A stretch of 59,756 bases of DNA. It comes from a candidate division FCPU426 bacterium (GTDB lineage Bacteria > Oederibacteriota > Muellerivitia > Muellerivitales > Muellerivitaceae). The notes beneath the pieces are model-generated. The model was not told where the DNA came from, ran no database searches, and was given only the letters and a program-made list of their open reading frames with translations. Shown in pieces: positions 37,381 through 46,489 of the stretch. How positions within the stretch are numbered: the first letter of the stretch is position 1; each line of letters begins with the position of its first letter. The stretch spans positions 1 to 59,756 of the forward strand of contig CAWKIY010000056.1 of NCBI GenBank assembly GCA_963849245.1, read 5' to 3'. Made by a program: the position numbers and the translations under genes.

Positions 37381-37935
37381 TTATTTAAAGCAGAGACCGA
37401 TCGAAATGGGAATATAGGAAAAGTCGTCGGCCGCGAAAACGTTAATGTACTTGGCCTGAATATAAAGGTCGAGGGCCCCATTGAGGAAAATCTCCACTCC
37501 CGCGCCGGGCTCCACCACGAAGTTTTTGTCGCTAACCGTCACCGTTCCCGACGGACCTTGAAAATAAGCGATGTCGTCGTTCAAGCCCAATCCGCCGATA
37601 AGATAAAACCGTGTCCCGGAATCGCCAAAGGCGTATTTTAGGCTCGGAGCGAAATTGACCTCACCGACGTAAACATTGGAATCGCTGGTGTTGAAAATAA
37701 AACTATCGATCGCGAGTAAAGCGGATAAATGCTTGTCGATCATGAATCCGAGGTATCCGTCCACCCCGCCTCCACCGCTATAAGCGCTGCCAAACCCGTT
37801 GACCGGCGCGGCTCCTCCCAGTCCCACTCCACCGATGAAACGTCCGTTCACCGCGTCGGTGCCCGCGGCTCCAGCGATGTTCGAGAAAAAGCAAACCATC
37901 AATAAGACGATTCCCAAAAGATTCAACCGTTTCAT
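37381..37935 (-). CDS. Small outer-membrane beta-barrel protein (OmpW/OmpA-TM-like)
   Basis: Signal peptide MKRLNLLGIVLLMVCFFSNIAGA, then alternating hydrophobic beta strands. GGAGGG precedes the ATG. Confidence 0.7.
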   Translation of the reverse strand: MKRLNLLGIVLLMVCFFSNIAGAAGTDAVNGRFIGGVGLGGAAPVNGFGSAYSGGGGVDGYLGFMIDKHLSALLAIDSFIFNTSDSNVYVGEVNFAPSLKYAFGDSGTRFYLIGGLGLNDDIAYFQGPSGTVTVSDKNFVVEPGAGVEIFLNGALDLYIQAKYINVFAADDFSYIPISIGLCFK

Positions 37936-38063
37936 GAAACCCTCCGTTGAATATATTTATTACGGACCCATTTTCAACCAACACAAAAACATTGTAACGG
38001 AGTGGCGCTTCTCAAGAATGGATAAAGATGGGTTTTCTACGGCTCAGCGGCGGTTCATCCCGC

Positions 38064-38144
38064 GGATCCTCTTTTCAACCAAGGTGAAAAGCCGCCTAAA
38101 ACGAGTTAAGCGGGACGCTCAAAAATGTTAAACAGAGGACTTTT
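38064..38144 (-). repeat. Leader copy 2 (upstream of the OMP gene)
   Basis: Same 80-nt element as 37131..37210. Here the Shine-Dalgarno sequence is followed by a 4-codon ORF (ATG AAC CGC CGC TGA) instead of a gene. Confidence 0.6.
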
Positions 38145-38243
38145 AGGGGACGGTATCCGGGTTTAAGCCAAAGAAGAATCAGCCCTTAACTTAAATAGAT
38201 AAGAATGACATGACCTTTGAAGTTAAAAACCATTATTTTCGGA

Positions 38244-38693
38244 TTAACCGAGGAGAGAAACGCCGTTACCGGAAGTAGTTTTCGAATTCGAGTCGTTCTG
38301 GGCTAAAAGGGAATCCTGTTTCGCCCGTAACAGCGCGGCTTTTTCCACCATTGTCTGATTGGCGCTGTTCACCATATTTTGAATGGATTCCTGAAGGTTG
38401 TATTCCGGCAATCCAGCGGGCTGAAATGGGTCCACGCCGTTCAAGGCCGAATTGAGAAGCAGGGTCCCCGTGATCGAATATTGAGCGGTTGGCTGTCCGC
38501 TTGGATCGGCCTCATAACGGGCCTCCTCCCCTTCAACATCGGCTACTTCCGACGGGTTCTGGGCTTCATTTAAAAGCCATTTCCAAGCCGCGGTCACTTG
38601 CGCCTTGGTGGGATCACCGCTGTAAAAAGTCGAATACCCCGCTAGTTGCGTATTGTTATAAGCCTGGGAAGAATTGACATTATTCACGTTCAT
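38244..38693 (-). CDS. Hypothetical protein (149 aa), no recognised domain
   Basis: Intact ORF downstream of the cyclase on the same strand. Asn/Gln/Ser-rich, with no signal peptide. Confidence 0.4.
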   Translation of the reverse strand: MNVNNVNSSQAYNNTQLAGYSTFYSGDPTKAQVTAAWKWLLNEAQNPSEVADVEGEEARYEADPSGQPTAQYSITGTLLLNSALNGVDPFQPAGLPEYNLQESIQNMVNSANQTMVEKAALLRAKQDSLLAQNDSNSKTTSGNGVSLLG

Positions 38694-38914
38694 AAAAGAC
38701 CCCCCGCGGGATTCGCCTGATATATCTCCTAACGACAGGAAAGAATTTTTCTTGAGGGCTCACGAGAATAAATTTGCGTAAATGCTTTGCAGGCGGAGTT
38801 TGGAAAATGGCTTCGGTTTTGGGGTCTCACACCGGTCTAAAACCTGAAGTGAAATTTAAACGGGTTTCATAAGCCCAATCGCTGAATCCTGATGTTTTAC
38901 ACTGTGCGGCTGGA

Positions 38915-40297
38915 TTATTTGTACTCGGCGTACTGCGCTTGGATTCCCGCCTGGGCGCCCGTGCCGGATAAGCGGTAGGAAAGCACGTACTTGTGCCGGC
39001 TGTCCCCCCAAAGCTCCTTCTTTCCCTCGGTGGCATCGGCGGCGGAAGGATCATGCTCGACGATCAGCTTGTCGGTGGAGATATTATTCCCATCCAGGAC
39101 AGCCGACCAATCCAGGGTCCAAAAAAGCGTCTTGCGGCTCTTCACTCCTTGCGTGGAGGAGGAAGCCGATCCTTGGGCGGACTTGAGCGTGAGAGTAATA
39201 ACCGCCTTATGGTCATGCTTTATCCCAGCGTCATCGTAGGTAGCGTAGTCGGTGGAGTTGGAGAAGGTCTCCTCGTTTTTTCCCTGTTTCTCGAAGCTGA
39301 CGTTCCGCTCCAAACCGGGAAGACCGAAGTAATCAAACTTGGGGCGGATAATGTTCTTCCCCCCTTTGACGGCGATCGGGGCGTAATAGCGCGTAACATA
39401 ACTCACATCGTAGGAAAGAAGGTGGTTGCCGGGTTTGATGCGGGTGAGGCACTTTCTCAGATGATCCTCGGGAACCCCATCCAATTGGAGCCGAGTCTTG
39501 TGGTCCAGTATTAAGTCCGTGGTGTCGGTGCGCACGCCCAGGTCCTCAAAAATCACCGAAGGCTTTAAACCCATTAACACTAAAACTCCCAGGGCCCCGG
39601 CCAATACGAGGGAGGCCGCCGGCAGAAAGCGGGGCCAAGTCGTTTGCTTTTTGCCGCCCTGGGGCGCTTGGGGTTTGACGCCGGAGGGGCTGTAAGCCTC
39701 GTAGATTTCCAAAGGCTCATCAATGCCTTTGACTTGATAGCGCCCGTGGGAAACCCAGGCCGATTCCCCGCCCTTGCCCGACAGCCAGCCCTTGGCGGAA
39801 TCGAACACGCTGTAGGTCATGTAAACATGGCCGCCCCCTGCCAGTCCCTCCACCCGGGAAGCCCGGTTCACGTGGCGGCCGAAAACGTCCAGGTTCATTT
39901 TGTCTTCCACCGTCACCTGCCCCATGTGCAGTCCGATGCGCACGAGAATCGGCGGTTGATCCGCGTGGGCCGCGCTGTACCGGCGAAGAGCCTCCTGAAT
40001 TTCCAAAGCCCGGGCCACCGCCGCGGAAGGCTCGGCGAAAACCGCCATGACCGCGTCCCCGATATGCTTGATCACCCGCCCCGAGCCATCCCTTTCAATG
40101 ATAGGAACCAGCAGGGCGTCATGGGCCTGGCGGACTTCGTTGGAATAGGCGTCCCCCCGGTCTTCGGTGAGCTTGGTAAAGCCCTGAATGTCCGTGAACA
40201 TAATAGTAAGGACTGAAGTGTTCCGGCTCTGCCGGAACCGGTCGACGAGATTGAGTTCTTGTTCGTCAATGCGAAGTCCGCTGGGGATGTCAGTCAT
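38915..40297 (-). CDS. Class III adenylate/guanylate cyclase with C-terminal TM segment and about 215-aa extracytoplasmic domain
   Basis: FTDIQGFT and IGDAVMAVF metal Asp motifs, plus FGRHVNRASRVE. One TM segment (FLPAASLVLAGALGVLVLMGL) is followed by an unassigned domain. Confidence 0.85.
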   Translation of the reverse strand: MTDIPSGLRIDEQELNLVDRFRQSRNTSVLTIMFTDIQGFTKLTEDRGDAYSNEVRQAHDALLVPIIERDGSGRVIKHIGDAVMAVFAEPSAAVARALEIQEALRRYSAAHADQPPILVRIGLHMGQVTVEDKMNLDVFGRHVNRASRVEGLAGGGHVYMTYSVFDSAKGWLSGKGGESAWVSHGRYQVKGIDEPLEIYEAYSPSGVKPQAPQGGKKQTTWPRFLPAASLVLAGALGVLVLMGLKPSVIFEDLGVRTDTTDLILDHKTRLQLDGVPEDHLRKCLTRIKPGNHLLSYDVSYVTRYYAPIAVKGGKNIIRPKFDYFGLPGLERNVSFEKQGKNEETFSNSTDYATYDDAGIKHDHKAVITLTLKSAQGSASSSTQGVKSRKTLFWTLDWSAVLDGNNISTDKLIVEHDPSAADATEGKKELWGDSRHKYVLSYRLSGTGAQAGIQAQYAEYK

Positions 40298-40469
40298 AGG
40301 TGCGCTCCGAACAGGTTTGACTCAAGGTTAGCATAAGGGCGGAACCTCACCAAGTGCGCCTTTCTGCAGGTAAGTGAACCATTCCGGCGAAAAGGTTACC
40401 GGAGGAACCGCGGGGAGCAGTACTATAGTGCCCGCAAAAAGACTGGGTAAAGGCAAAAGGGAGAAATAA

Positions 40470-41153
40470 ATGCGGGAATTAATGGTTTTGGTTTTAGTTG
40501 CCGTAATGGCGACCTGGGGAATCGGCAACGCCCAAGATAATGCGGATCAAAAACTAAATCCCAGTCCCGTCAACCCTGAGAAAAAACCGGACGCCCCTGA
40601 TGTCCAACAAAAACCGTCCCTGATTGAAATTCGTCAGGTGGGCACAGATAAGAAACCGGCCCAAGAATATTACTATGAAGGCAAACAGTTGAAGAGTTAT
40701 CAGGATTTCAAGACGATCCTCACCCCCCTGAACGATACAGAAGCGAACCGCCTCCTAGGTGCTTCCTCGAGCCAGGAAACGTTAGGTGTGGTGGTGATTG
40801 TAGGCGGATGTCTTTTAGTGGGGAGCGGTATCCTTTACGGACTCACAGCCACAGGATCAACTCAGACCCATACGACTACCCTTCCATTCGAAGGTCCCCC
40901 TGGAAGCACCGGGTCCGGTCTTACCTTCAGTAATACGACCACGACTCCTGCCGACACAACCCTGGCTTGGGTATTGGGCGGAGCGGGACTTGCGTTGGAC
41001 CTCCTGGGATTCACAATAGTTGATGGCGCTGAGCAAAACCGCAAAAATGCCGTAACCCGTTACAACCACTTAATCGATTCGGACCCGGGCTTCTCAATGA
41101 TCTTGCTGCCTCATTCCGATATACCCGTTTTACAAATGACCCAGCGGTTTTAA
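40470..41153 (+). CDS. Membrane-associated protein of unknown function
   Basis: AAGGGAGA precedes the ATG. Signal peptide, two central hydrophobic segments and a Thr-rich stretch. Confidence 0.45.
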   Translation: MRELMVLVLVAVMATWGIGNAQDNADQKLNPSPVNPEKKPDAPDVQQKPSLIEIRQVGTDKKPAQEYYYEGKQLKSYQDFKTILTPLNDTEANRLLGASSSQETLGVVVIVGGCLLVGSGILYGLTATGSTQTHTTTLPFEGPPGSTGSGLTFSNTTTTPADTTLAWVLGGAGLALDLLGFTIVDGAEQNRKNAVTRYNHLIDSDPGFSMILLPHSDIPVLQMTQRF

Positions 41154-41362
41154 TCTTTTGCGAAAACCAAGGAATTAACCACGGGGCCAGGCTTCTTTAC
41201 TTCTCCCCGCTCCTGACCCGGGGATTTTTGCCAATTCACCTATTAATTTCCGTTGGATTTCTGTCCACTTTTAAAAAGTCACAAAAATATTAGAGCCCAG
41301 GAACTCCCGGAGAAAACTTCTCCCTGCCCTCCCCCACACGCCTTGCGATAAAATATTCCACT

Positions 41363-42115
41363 GTGATCGAAAACACCCAAAGCAAAAATCCAACCCTAAA
41401 AAGAATTCCACTCAACCGTATCCGGGTCATGCGGTACATCCCGCCCGCCCGGGACCCGGACGCCGTAGAACGAAAAGCTCTGTCCATGAGAGCCGCTTCA
41501 TTTATCAACCCCATCAAGGTCCGCCCCCTTTCACGGGCGGAAAAAGCCGCCGACCCGCGGCATGATTACGAGCTTTTCGGGGACGCCCTCACCCTGGCGG
41601 GAGCCGAACTGTTGGGATGGCCAACCTTGGAGGCCTTTTACTACGAGTTCACCGAAATAGAGGCGCTGAAACATTATTCCGTCGACCTCCACCATTCCAC
41701 GCCTCTGACTTGGGTAGAGGTTTATGGCATCGTTGAAAAAATCTTGGCGGACAACCCGGATTCCTCGGCGGAACAGCTGGCCATCCGCTTTCAGGAAAAT
41801 CCCGGGGAGGCGAAAAAAGTGATGCGGTCCCTGAGACTGCTCAATGAAGCCTCCCGGAAAATGATTGGGGAAAGCGTCCACCATTGCCATGAGGGCCGAA
41901 TCGATAAAGGCGGCTACCGTTTTGGTCAGGCTCTCGCCATCCCCCTGGCCCGCCTGGAAAAAGCGGCTCCTACTTTGGAAGAGATTCAAACCCTCGTCCA
42001 AAAAACCGTGGAAACCGCCATTCAATATGAGCTGTATTTGGAAGACCTGGAAGAACTGGTGGATTGGACCGCTCTCGGCAACGACCCTGAAGCGTTTTTC
42101 GCCAAAGAAGCCTGA
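41363..42115 (+). CDS. ParB-N-like domain protein with degenerate arginine motif
   Basis: IPLNRIRV ... INPIKVRPL ... DYELFGDALTLAGAELLGWPTLEA follows the ParB-N layout, but the GxxR/GERR box reads GDAL. GTG start without a clear Shine-Dalgarno sequence. Confidence 0.45.
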   Translation: MIENTQSKNPTLKRIPLNRIRVMRYIPPARDPDAVERKALSMRAASFINPIKVRPLSRAEKAADPRHDYELFGDALTLAGAELLGWPTLEAFYYEFTEIEALKHYSVDLHHSTPLTWVEVYGIVEKILADNPDSSAEQLAIRFQENPGEAKKVMRSLRLLNEASRKMIGESVHHCHEGRIDKGGYRFGQALAIPLARLEKAAPTLEEIQTLVQKTVETAIQYELYLEDLEELVDWTALGNDPEAFFAKEA

Positions 42116-42229
42116 TTTTTTTCAAGTTTCAGAATAAGATTTTTATCCTGCTTCCTTATTTTTCGGGGAATAGGGGTGTAAACTTCCAGGATTAGAAAGT
42201 AACGCCATCTCCCCCATTCAGGAAGACGC

Positions 42230-43435
42230 ATGCCGCGAACGAAAACTCAAAACTGCCCCGCGTCTTTTTTCGTGAAACCGCTTTTTCTCGGAATGATCTT
42301 TTTATTCCTGTCCGTCCTCCCCGCCCTCGCGCAAAATCTGCTTTATGAGGATTTCCAGGGGGCGATTTATAACCCGCCCCAAACCGCCATGTACGCGCCC
42401 TTTTACCATCCCGGCGCCACCGAAACGGGCTTTAACGATACGACTATCTTTCCTCCGGGAACCACCCAAAGTCTGGGTCTGAATATCACTTTCACCGCTC
42501 CCTTCACCCAACCCCTCGCCAACGGAGTGGCTCAGATCGTGGTCGCGTCCCAGTACGCCCCGGGGGCCAATAACGCCGGCACTGGTTCAGTGGAGCCTTT
42601 CAACGCCCTCATCGGCGGTTCGGCGCCCGCCGCCATTAGTCTGGAACTTTACGCCTCCACCACGACCAGTTTTTATCTCTTCCTGGGGGACGTTAATAAC
42701 ACCTGTTCCTGTGGCCCGGGCCATACGGGAGGATCCGAGGAAACCGAAATTCTCAATCCGGTTACCATCCCCGCGGGAATCTGGACGAATGTAACCGTGC
42801 CCCTGAACTCGACCTATTGGGACTCCAATTTAAGTTTCGTTAATTTCTCCGAAATCACCCAGGTCTTCATTGACGCCATCGCGCCCCCCTGCTCCGCTGC
42901 CCTTCCGGGAGGCGCGCTTTCCGAAACCACCCACTATGGGCCGATTTCTTTTCTCGGTTCGATCACCAATCCGACCCCCACCCCCGCCAACACACCCGTT
43001 TATAGCTGCCCCACCAACACCGCTACCCCAACCGCCACGGCCACTTTCACCGCGACCTCGACCCCCACTATCACCCGGACACCCACCATCACCCTGACCC
43101 CGACCATTACCTACACGCCGATGCCCACCGCGACTTTTCCCTCGAACGTGGATGATTTTTATGTCTCCAAAAATGTTTTCAATCCCAGCCAGGGTTCCGT
43201 CTCTATTTTTGTGGAATATACCCAGTATCCGGGAAACTACAGCCTGCAGATTTATAACAGCGCGGGGGAGCTCATCAAGAACCTGGATAAACGGGTTTTG
43301 AGCCAGCCCGTAAGCCAGTCCTATTTATGGGATGGAACCAACCAGGAGAAGGCCAAATGCGCCAGCGGGGTCTACATTCTTTATCTGATTGAGCCTTTTG
43401 GGAAAAAATTGAAAAGAGTCCTGCTGATCCATTAA
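42230..43435 (+). CDS. Secreted protein with Pro/Thr-rich linker and FlgD-Ig-like C-terminal domain
   Basis: Signal peptide LFLSVLPALA. PT-rich linker at about 42960-43145. The C-terminal YLWDGTNQEKAKCASGVYILY block matches the one in 17805..19163. Confidence 0.6.
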   Translation: MPRTKTQNCPASFFVKPLFLGMIFLFLSVLPALAQNLLYEDFQGAIYNPPQTAMYAPFYHPGATETGFNDTTIFPPGTTQSLGLNITFTAPFTQPLANGVAQIVVASQYAPGANNAGTGSVEPFNALIGGSAPAAISLELYASTTTSFYLFLGDVNNTCSCGPGHTGGSEETEILNPVTIPAGIWTNVTVPLNSTYWDSNLSFVNFSEITQVFIDAIAPPCSAALPGGALSETTHYGPISFLGSITNPTPTPANTPVYSCPTNTATPTATATFTATSTPTITRTPTITLTPTITYTPMPTATFPSNVDDFYVSKNVFNPSQGSVSIFVEYTQYPGNYSLQIYNSAGELIKNLDKRVLSQPVSQSYLWDGTNQEKAKCASGVYILYLIEPFGKKLKRVLLIH

Positions 43436-43750
43436 TACAGGCAAGTCCAGTCTCATCCATTTTACAGAAACTCTCCCAACCCCTTTTTCGGACTGTTTTG
43501 TCTGTATTAGAAAGCTTAAAAACTTGTCCTTTATAAAAAAGGGCGGAAAGAACGATTACCGGGAAACCCTTGCGTAGGCTGATGGCTTTGACCCTCATGA
43601 CCCTGATGGTTTTGTTCGGAATCGGTTTGACCCAGCCAAAAGCCGCTAATCCCCCGGCACTCGTCGTCCCGCGCCCCAAGAAAAAAACGCTCGCAAAATA
43701 CAACCGGGAATGGTTTTTATCATTTTCCCTTTAGAATTCAAGGCTCTCTT

Positions 43751-44158
43751 TTACCGCGTCCCCGGATTTTCCCATTTGACCGGCAGACGTGAAAAATCAT
43801 GATCAAAAGAAATGATAGACTCCAGCTTTTTTTCTTGAACGAGGGCCGCCTGATAGGCGTCGATGAAATCCACGCCATGGTACTCATACAAGGCCAGGGC
43901 CGCGCCCAGCCTCTCTCGGTTCTCAAAATGAAGCCGCTCATCGTCCAGCGCGGAGCGCAGAACCCCGGCGATGACTTCTTCCGGAAGGGATTCCCTTTTC
44001 TCGAGAAACCAGACGATCTCGGCGATCGCCATATCGGAAACGAATAATTTCGTTTTCTCCTGGAAAGCCTTTCGAAAAAGCCGCTCCACAGCGTCAGTTT
44101 GGCCCGGGTCATCCCCCAGGAACAGTCTTAGCAGAATATTGGTATCGACCAGCTTCAT
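43751..44158 (-). CDS. vapC: PIN-domain toxin VapC
   Basis: MKLVDTNILL with conserved acidic residues. Follows the AbrB-type antitoxin after a 3-nt gap. Confidence 0.85.
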   Translation of the reverse strand: MKLVDTNILLRLFLGDDPGQTDAVERLFRKAFQEKTKLFVSDMAIAEIVWFLEKRESLPEEVIAGVLRSALDDERLHFENRERLGAALALYEYHGVDFIDAYQAALVQEKKLESIISFDHDFSRLPVKWENPGTR

Positions 44159-44161
44159 CTT

Positions 44162-44431
44162 TTACCGTCCCCGCCGATGCTTCTTGAAGCTTTCCACCAC
44201 ATAGGCCTTGGCCGCCTCGTGCATTTCCCCAACGCTGACGGTTTTCTTATTCTTGAAGTAGGGTTTCAATACCCCCTTCAACCCGAGAATGTCGCCGTGC
44301 ACCGGCAGTAAAATGGCCTTATCGCCATCCGCCACAAAAGTCACCCGGTCCCCGGCTTTCAAACCCAGGGCCTTGCGGATGTCCTTGGGGATTGTCACTT
44401 GTCCTTTGGATGTAATGCCGCTTCCGAACAT
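44162..44431 (-). CDS. vapB: AbrB/SpoVT-family antitoxin (VapB)
   Basis: ITSKGQVTIPKDIRKALGLKAGDRVTF swapped-hairpin motif. Confidence 0.85.
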   Translation of the reverse strand: MFGSGITSKGQVTIPKDIRKALGLKAGDRVTFVADGDKAILLPVHGDILGLKGVLKPYFKNKKTVSVGEMHEAAKAYVVESFKKHRRGR

Positions 44432-44591
44432 GGGTGGACTCCCTTACTTTTAATCAATAAGTATTACTTTTATAGATTACCGACTACTTTGAAAAGAATC
44501 AAGAATGGAAAGGGAGAGGACTATATTTTTAACTTCCGTTGATTTACGCTACGAACGTCTTTGTGATCAAACCTTTCAGGGAGGACAACCT

Positions 44592-44909
44592 ATGCGCTGG
44601 TATCACGCGATAGCTTACTTTTTCGGCGGCGCTTTTCTCTGCAATGCCGTTCCCCATTTTGTCAGCGGCGTGACGGGCCACCCTTTTCAAAGCCCCTTCG
44701 CTTCCCCGCCGGGAGAAGGCTTGTCTTCCTCGACCATCAATGTGCTGTGGGGGTCCTTTAACTTTTTTATCGCCTATCTGCTTTTGGACAAGGTCGGAAA
44801 CTTTGACCTGCGCAAGAACAGCCACGCTCTCTTGGCCGGGCTGGGCGTCTTGCTGATCGCCTTGCTGTCGGCCCGCGCCTTTGGCCGTTTTTACGGGGGC
44901 CTTCTCTAG
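44592..44909 (+). CDS. Small 3-TM membrane protein, unknown function
   Basis: GGGAGGA lies 6 nt before the ATG at 44592. Three hydrophobic segments. Confidence 0.5.
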   Translation: MRWYHAIAYFFGGAFLCNAVPHFVSGVTGHPFQSPFASPPGEGLSSSTINVLWGSFNFFIAYLLLDKVGNFDLRKNSHALLAGLGVLLIALLSARAFGRFYGGLL

Positions 44910-44941
44910 TCACTTCTCCCGGACGGGACTTTCGGTTCGGC

Positions 44942-45394
44942 TTAGGCTTGAGAAACCTTTAATTCCGCCTCATGGGCTTTCTGAACCCGGGCCAAAAGCT
45001 TGGCGTTTTTATCTCCCCATTTGCGCATCTCGGTATAGACCGCCTTAAGTTCCCGGCCTACCTCGCTCAGGGAATATTCCACCTTGGGCGGAACCTCAGC
45101 GTAAACCTTACGCAGGATGAGGCCGTCGGCCTCCATTTCCCGCAGTTGGTTCGTGAGAATCCTTTGGGTCACCCCTGGAATCTTTTTCTTCAATTCCCCA
45201 AACCGCACAATGTCGTTATGGGCCAGATGGAAAACGATCAGAACCTTCCATTTCCCCCCGATGATTTTCAGGACATCCTCGATCACGGACGCGTTTTCCA
45301 GCCTGGCTTCTTTCGGGCATCCCCCAACGATAAACTTGGCGTTGTTTTTCTCTTTTTTAAACGCGAGAACCTTGCTGGCGCGGGTCGGTTTCAT
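44942..45394 (-). CDS. HxlR-family transcriptional regulator
   Basis: IGGKWKVLIVFHL...RFGELKKKIPGVTQRILTNQLREMEADGLI winged-helix signature. Confidence 0.85.
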   Translation of the reverse strand: MKPTRASKVLAFKKEKNNAKFIVGGCPKEARLENASVIEDVLKIIGGKWKVLIVFHLAHNDIVRFGELKKKIPGVTQRILTNQLREMEADGLILRKVYAEVPPKVEYSLSEVGRELKAVYTEMRKWGDKNAKLLARVQKAHEAELKVSQA

Positions 45395-45496
45395 TTTTGT
45401 ACCTACCTATCCTTTTTGTATCTACTTCCCTTATAAGCTATTACACCCTAATTTGAGCATCAAGGGATTGTAATTCAACGGGACGAGGAGAAGAAA

Positions 45497-45850
45497 ATGA
45501 ATATCGCTTTATGGGTCTTGCAGGGTTTGTTAGCGGGGATGTTTTTGATGGCGGGAAGCATGAAGGCATTCAATTACGCGAAATTTAAGCAGCAGGCGGG
45601 AGAACACGCGGTCTCCAAGCCTTGGGCGGCTTTTATTGGAAGCGCCGAAATCGCGGGGGCCTTGGGTTTGGTCCTGCCTTTAGCCACAGGGGTTGCGGCT
45701 TTTCTAACCCCCACGGCGGCTTTCGCCTTAGCTCTCGTGATGGTTCTGGGAGTGGGATATCACCTGCGCTTGAAAGACCCCTTCTCCAAAGCCGTTCCCG
45801 CTTTGGTGCTTTTGGTGTTAAGTTTAGTCGTGGCGGCTGGCAGGGTTTAA
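45497..45850 (+). CDS. DoxX-family membrane protein
   Basis: Four TM segments, with LQGLLAGMFLMAGSMK typical of DoxX. Divergent from the HxlR gene. Confidence 0.75.
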   Translation: MNIALWVLQGLLAGMFLMAGSMKAFNYAKFKQQAGEHAVSKPWAAFIGSAEIAGALGLVLPLATGVAAFLTPTAAFALALVMVLGVGYHLRLKDPFSKAVPALVLLVLSLVVAAGRV

Positions 45851-45875
45851 CCAAAAAAATAAAAAGAGGTGGATC

Positions 45876-46385
45876 ATGGCGATTAGTATCGGATTACTGA
45901 TTCTGCGTATAGCGGTCGGTTTGACCATAGCGGGCCATGGCGCGCAGAAGCTGTTCGGCTGGTTCAAGGGCCACGGCCTGGAAGGAACCGCGAAAATGTT
46001 TGAACAGCTGGGCTTCGTGCCCGCCAAGCTCACGGCCTTCCTGGCAGCGGTAACGGAGGGCGGCGGCGGGCTGTTGTTAGTGTTGGGCCTGGTAACACCA
46101 GTCGGGGCCATGTTCGTGTTTTCCGTGATGCTGGTAGCGGCCCTAGCCGTGCATATTAAAAAGGGATTTTTCATCCAGGGCGGCGGCTACGAATATAACT
46201 TCGTCTTGGGACTCGGGGGATTAAGCTTAGCCTTTACCGGACCGGGCTCCTATTCGTTGGACGCCCTCTTGGGATTGGATTTCGGCAATCTCTATTGGGG
46301 TTTAGGCGCCTTTGGTTTGGGTGTGGTAGGTGCCTTAATTCAAATGGCGCTACGCAAGACTCCCGCGCCAGCCAAAGCGGCGTAA
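45876..46385 (+). CDS. DoxX-family membrane protein
   Basis: LRIAVGLTIAGHGAQKLFGWFKGHGLEGT is typical of DoxX/MhqP-like proteins. Confidence 0.8.
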   Translation: MAISIGLLILRIAVGLTIAGHGAQKLFGWFKGHGLEGTAKMFEQLGFVPAKLTAFLAAVTEGGGGLLLVLGLVTPVGAMFVFSVMLVAALAVHIKKGFFIQGGGYEYNFVLGLGGLSLAFTGPGSYSLDALLGLDFGNLYWGLGAFGLGVVGALIQMALRKTPAPAKAA

Positions 46386-46489
46386 GGTCGAAGGGGCCAG
46401 GCCTATCGTGGTATCGATCGGTCCGGCCCCTACAAGATCATCTTTTTTCGCTTCTGGGTTTGATCAGCCGTCTCTGAGGAAGAGGCCTC

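Noticed and set aside
38915-40297. Cyclase as part of a Pycsar/CBASS-like anti-phage signalling system.
   Set aside because: The catalytic motifs look like an ordinary class III adenylate cyclase, with the Lys and Asp specificity positions present. No recognisable effector (TIR, patatin, endonuclease, multi-TM pore) is adjacent. The membrane-anchored architecture fits a sensory cyclase better.
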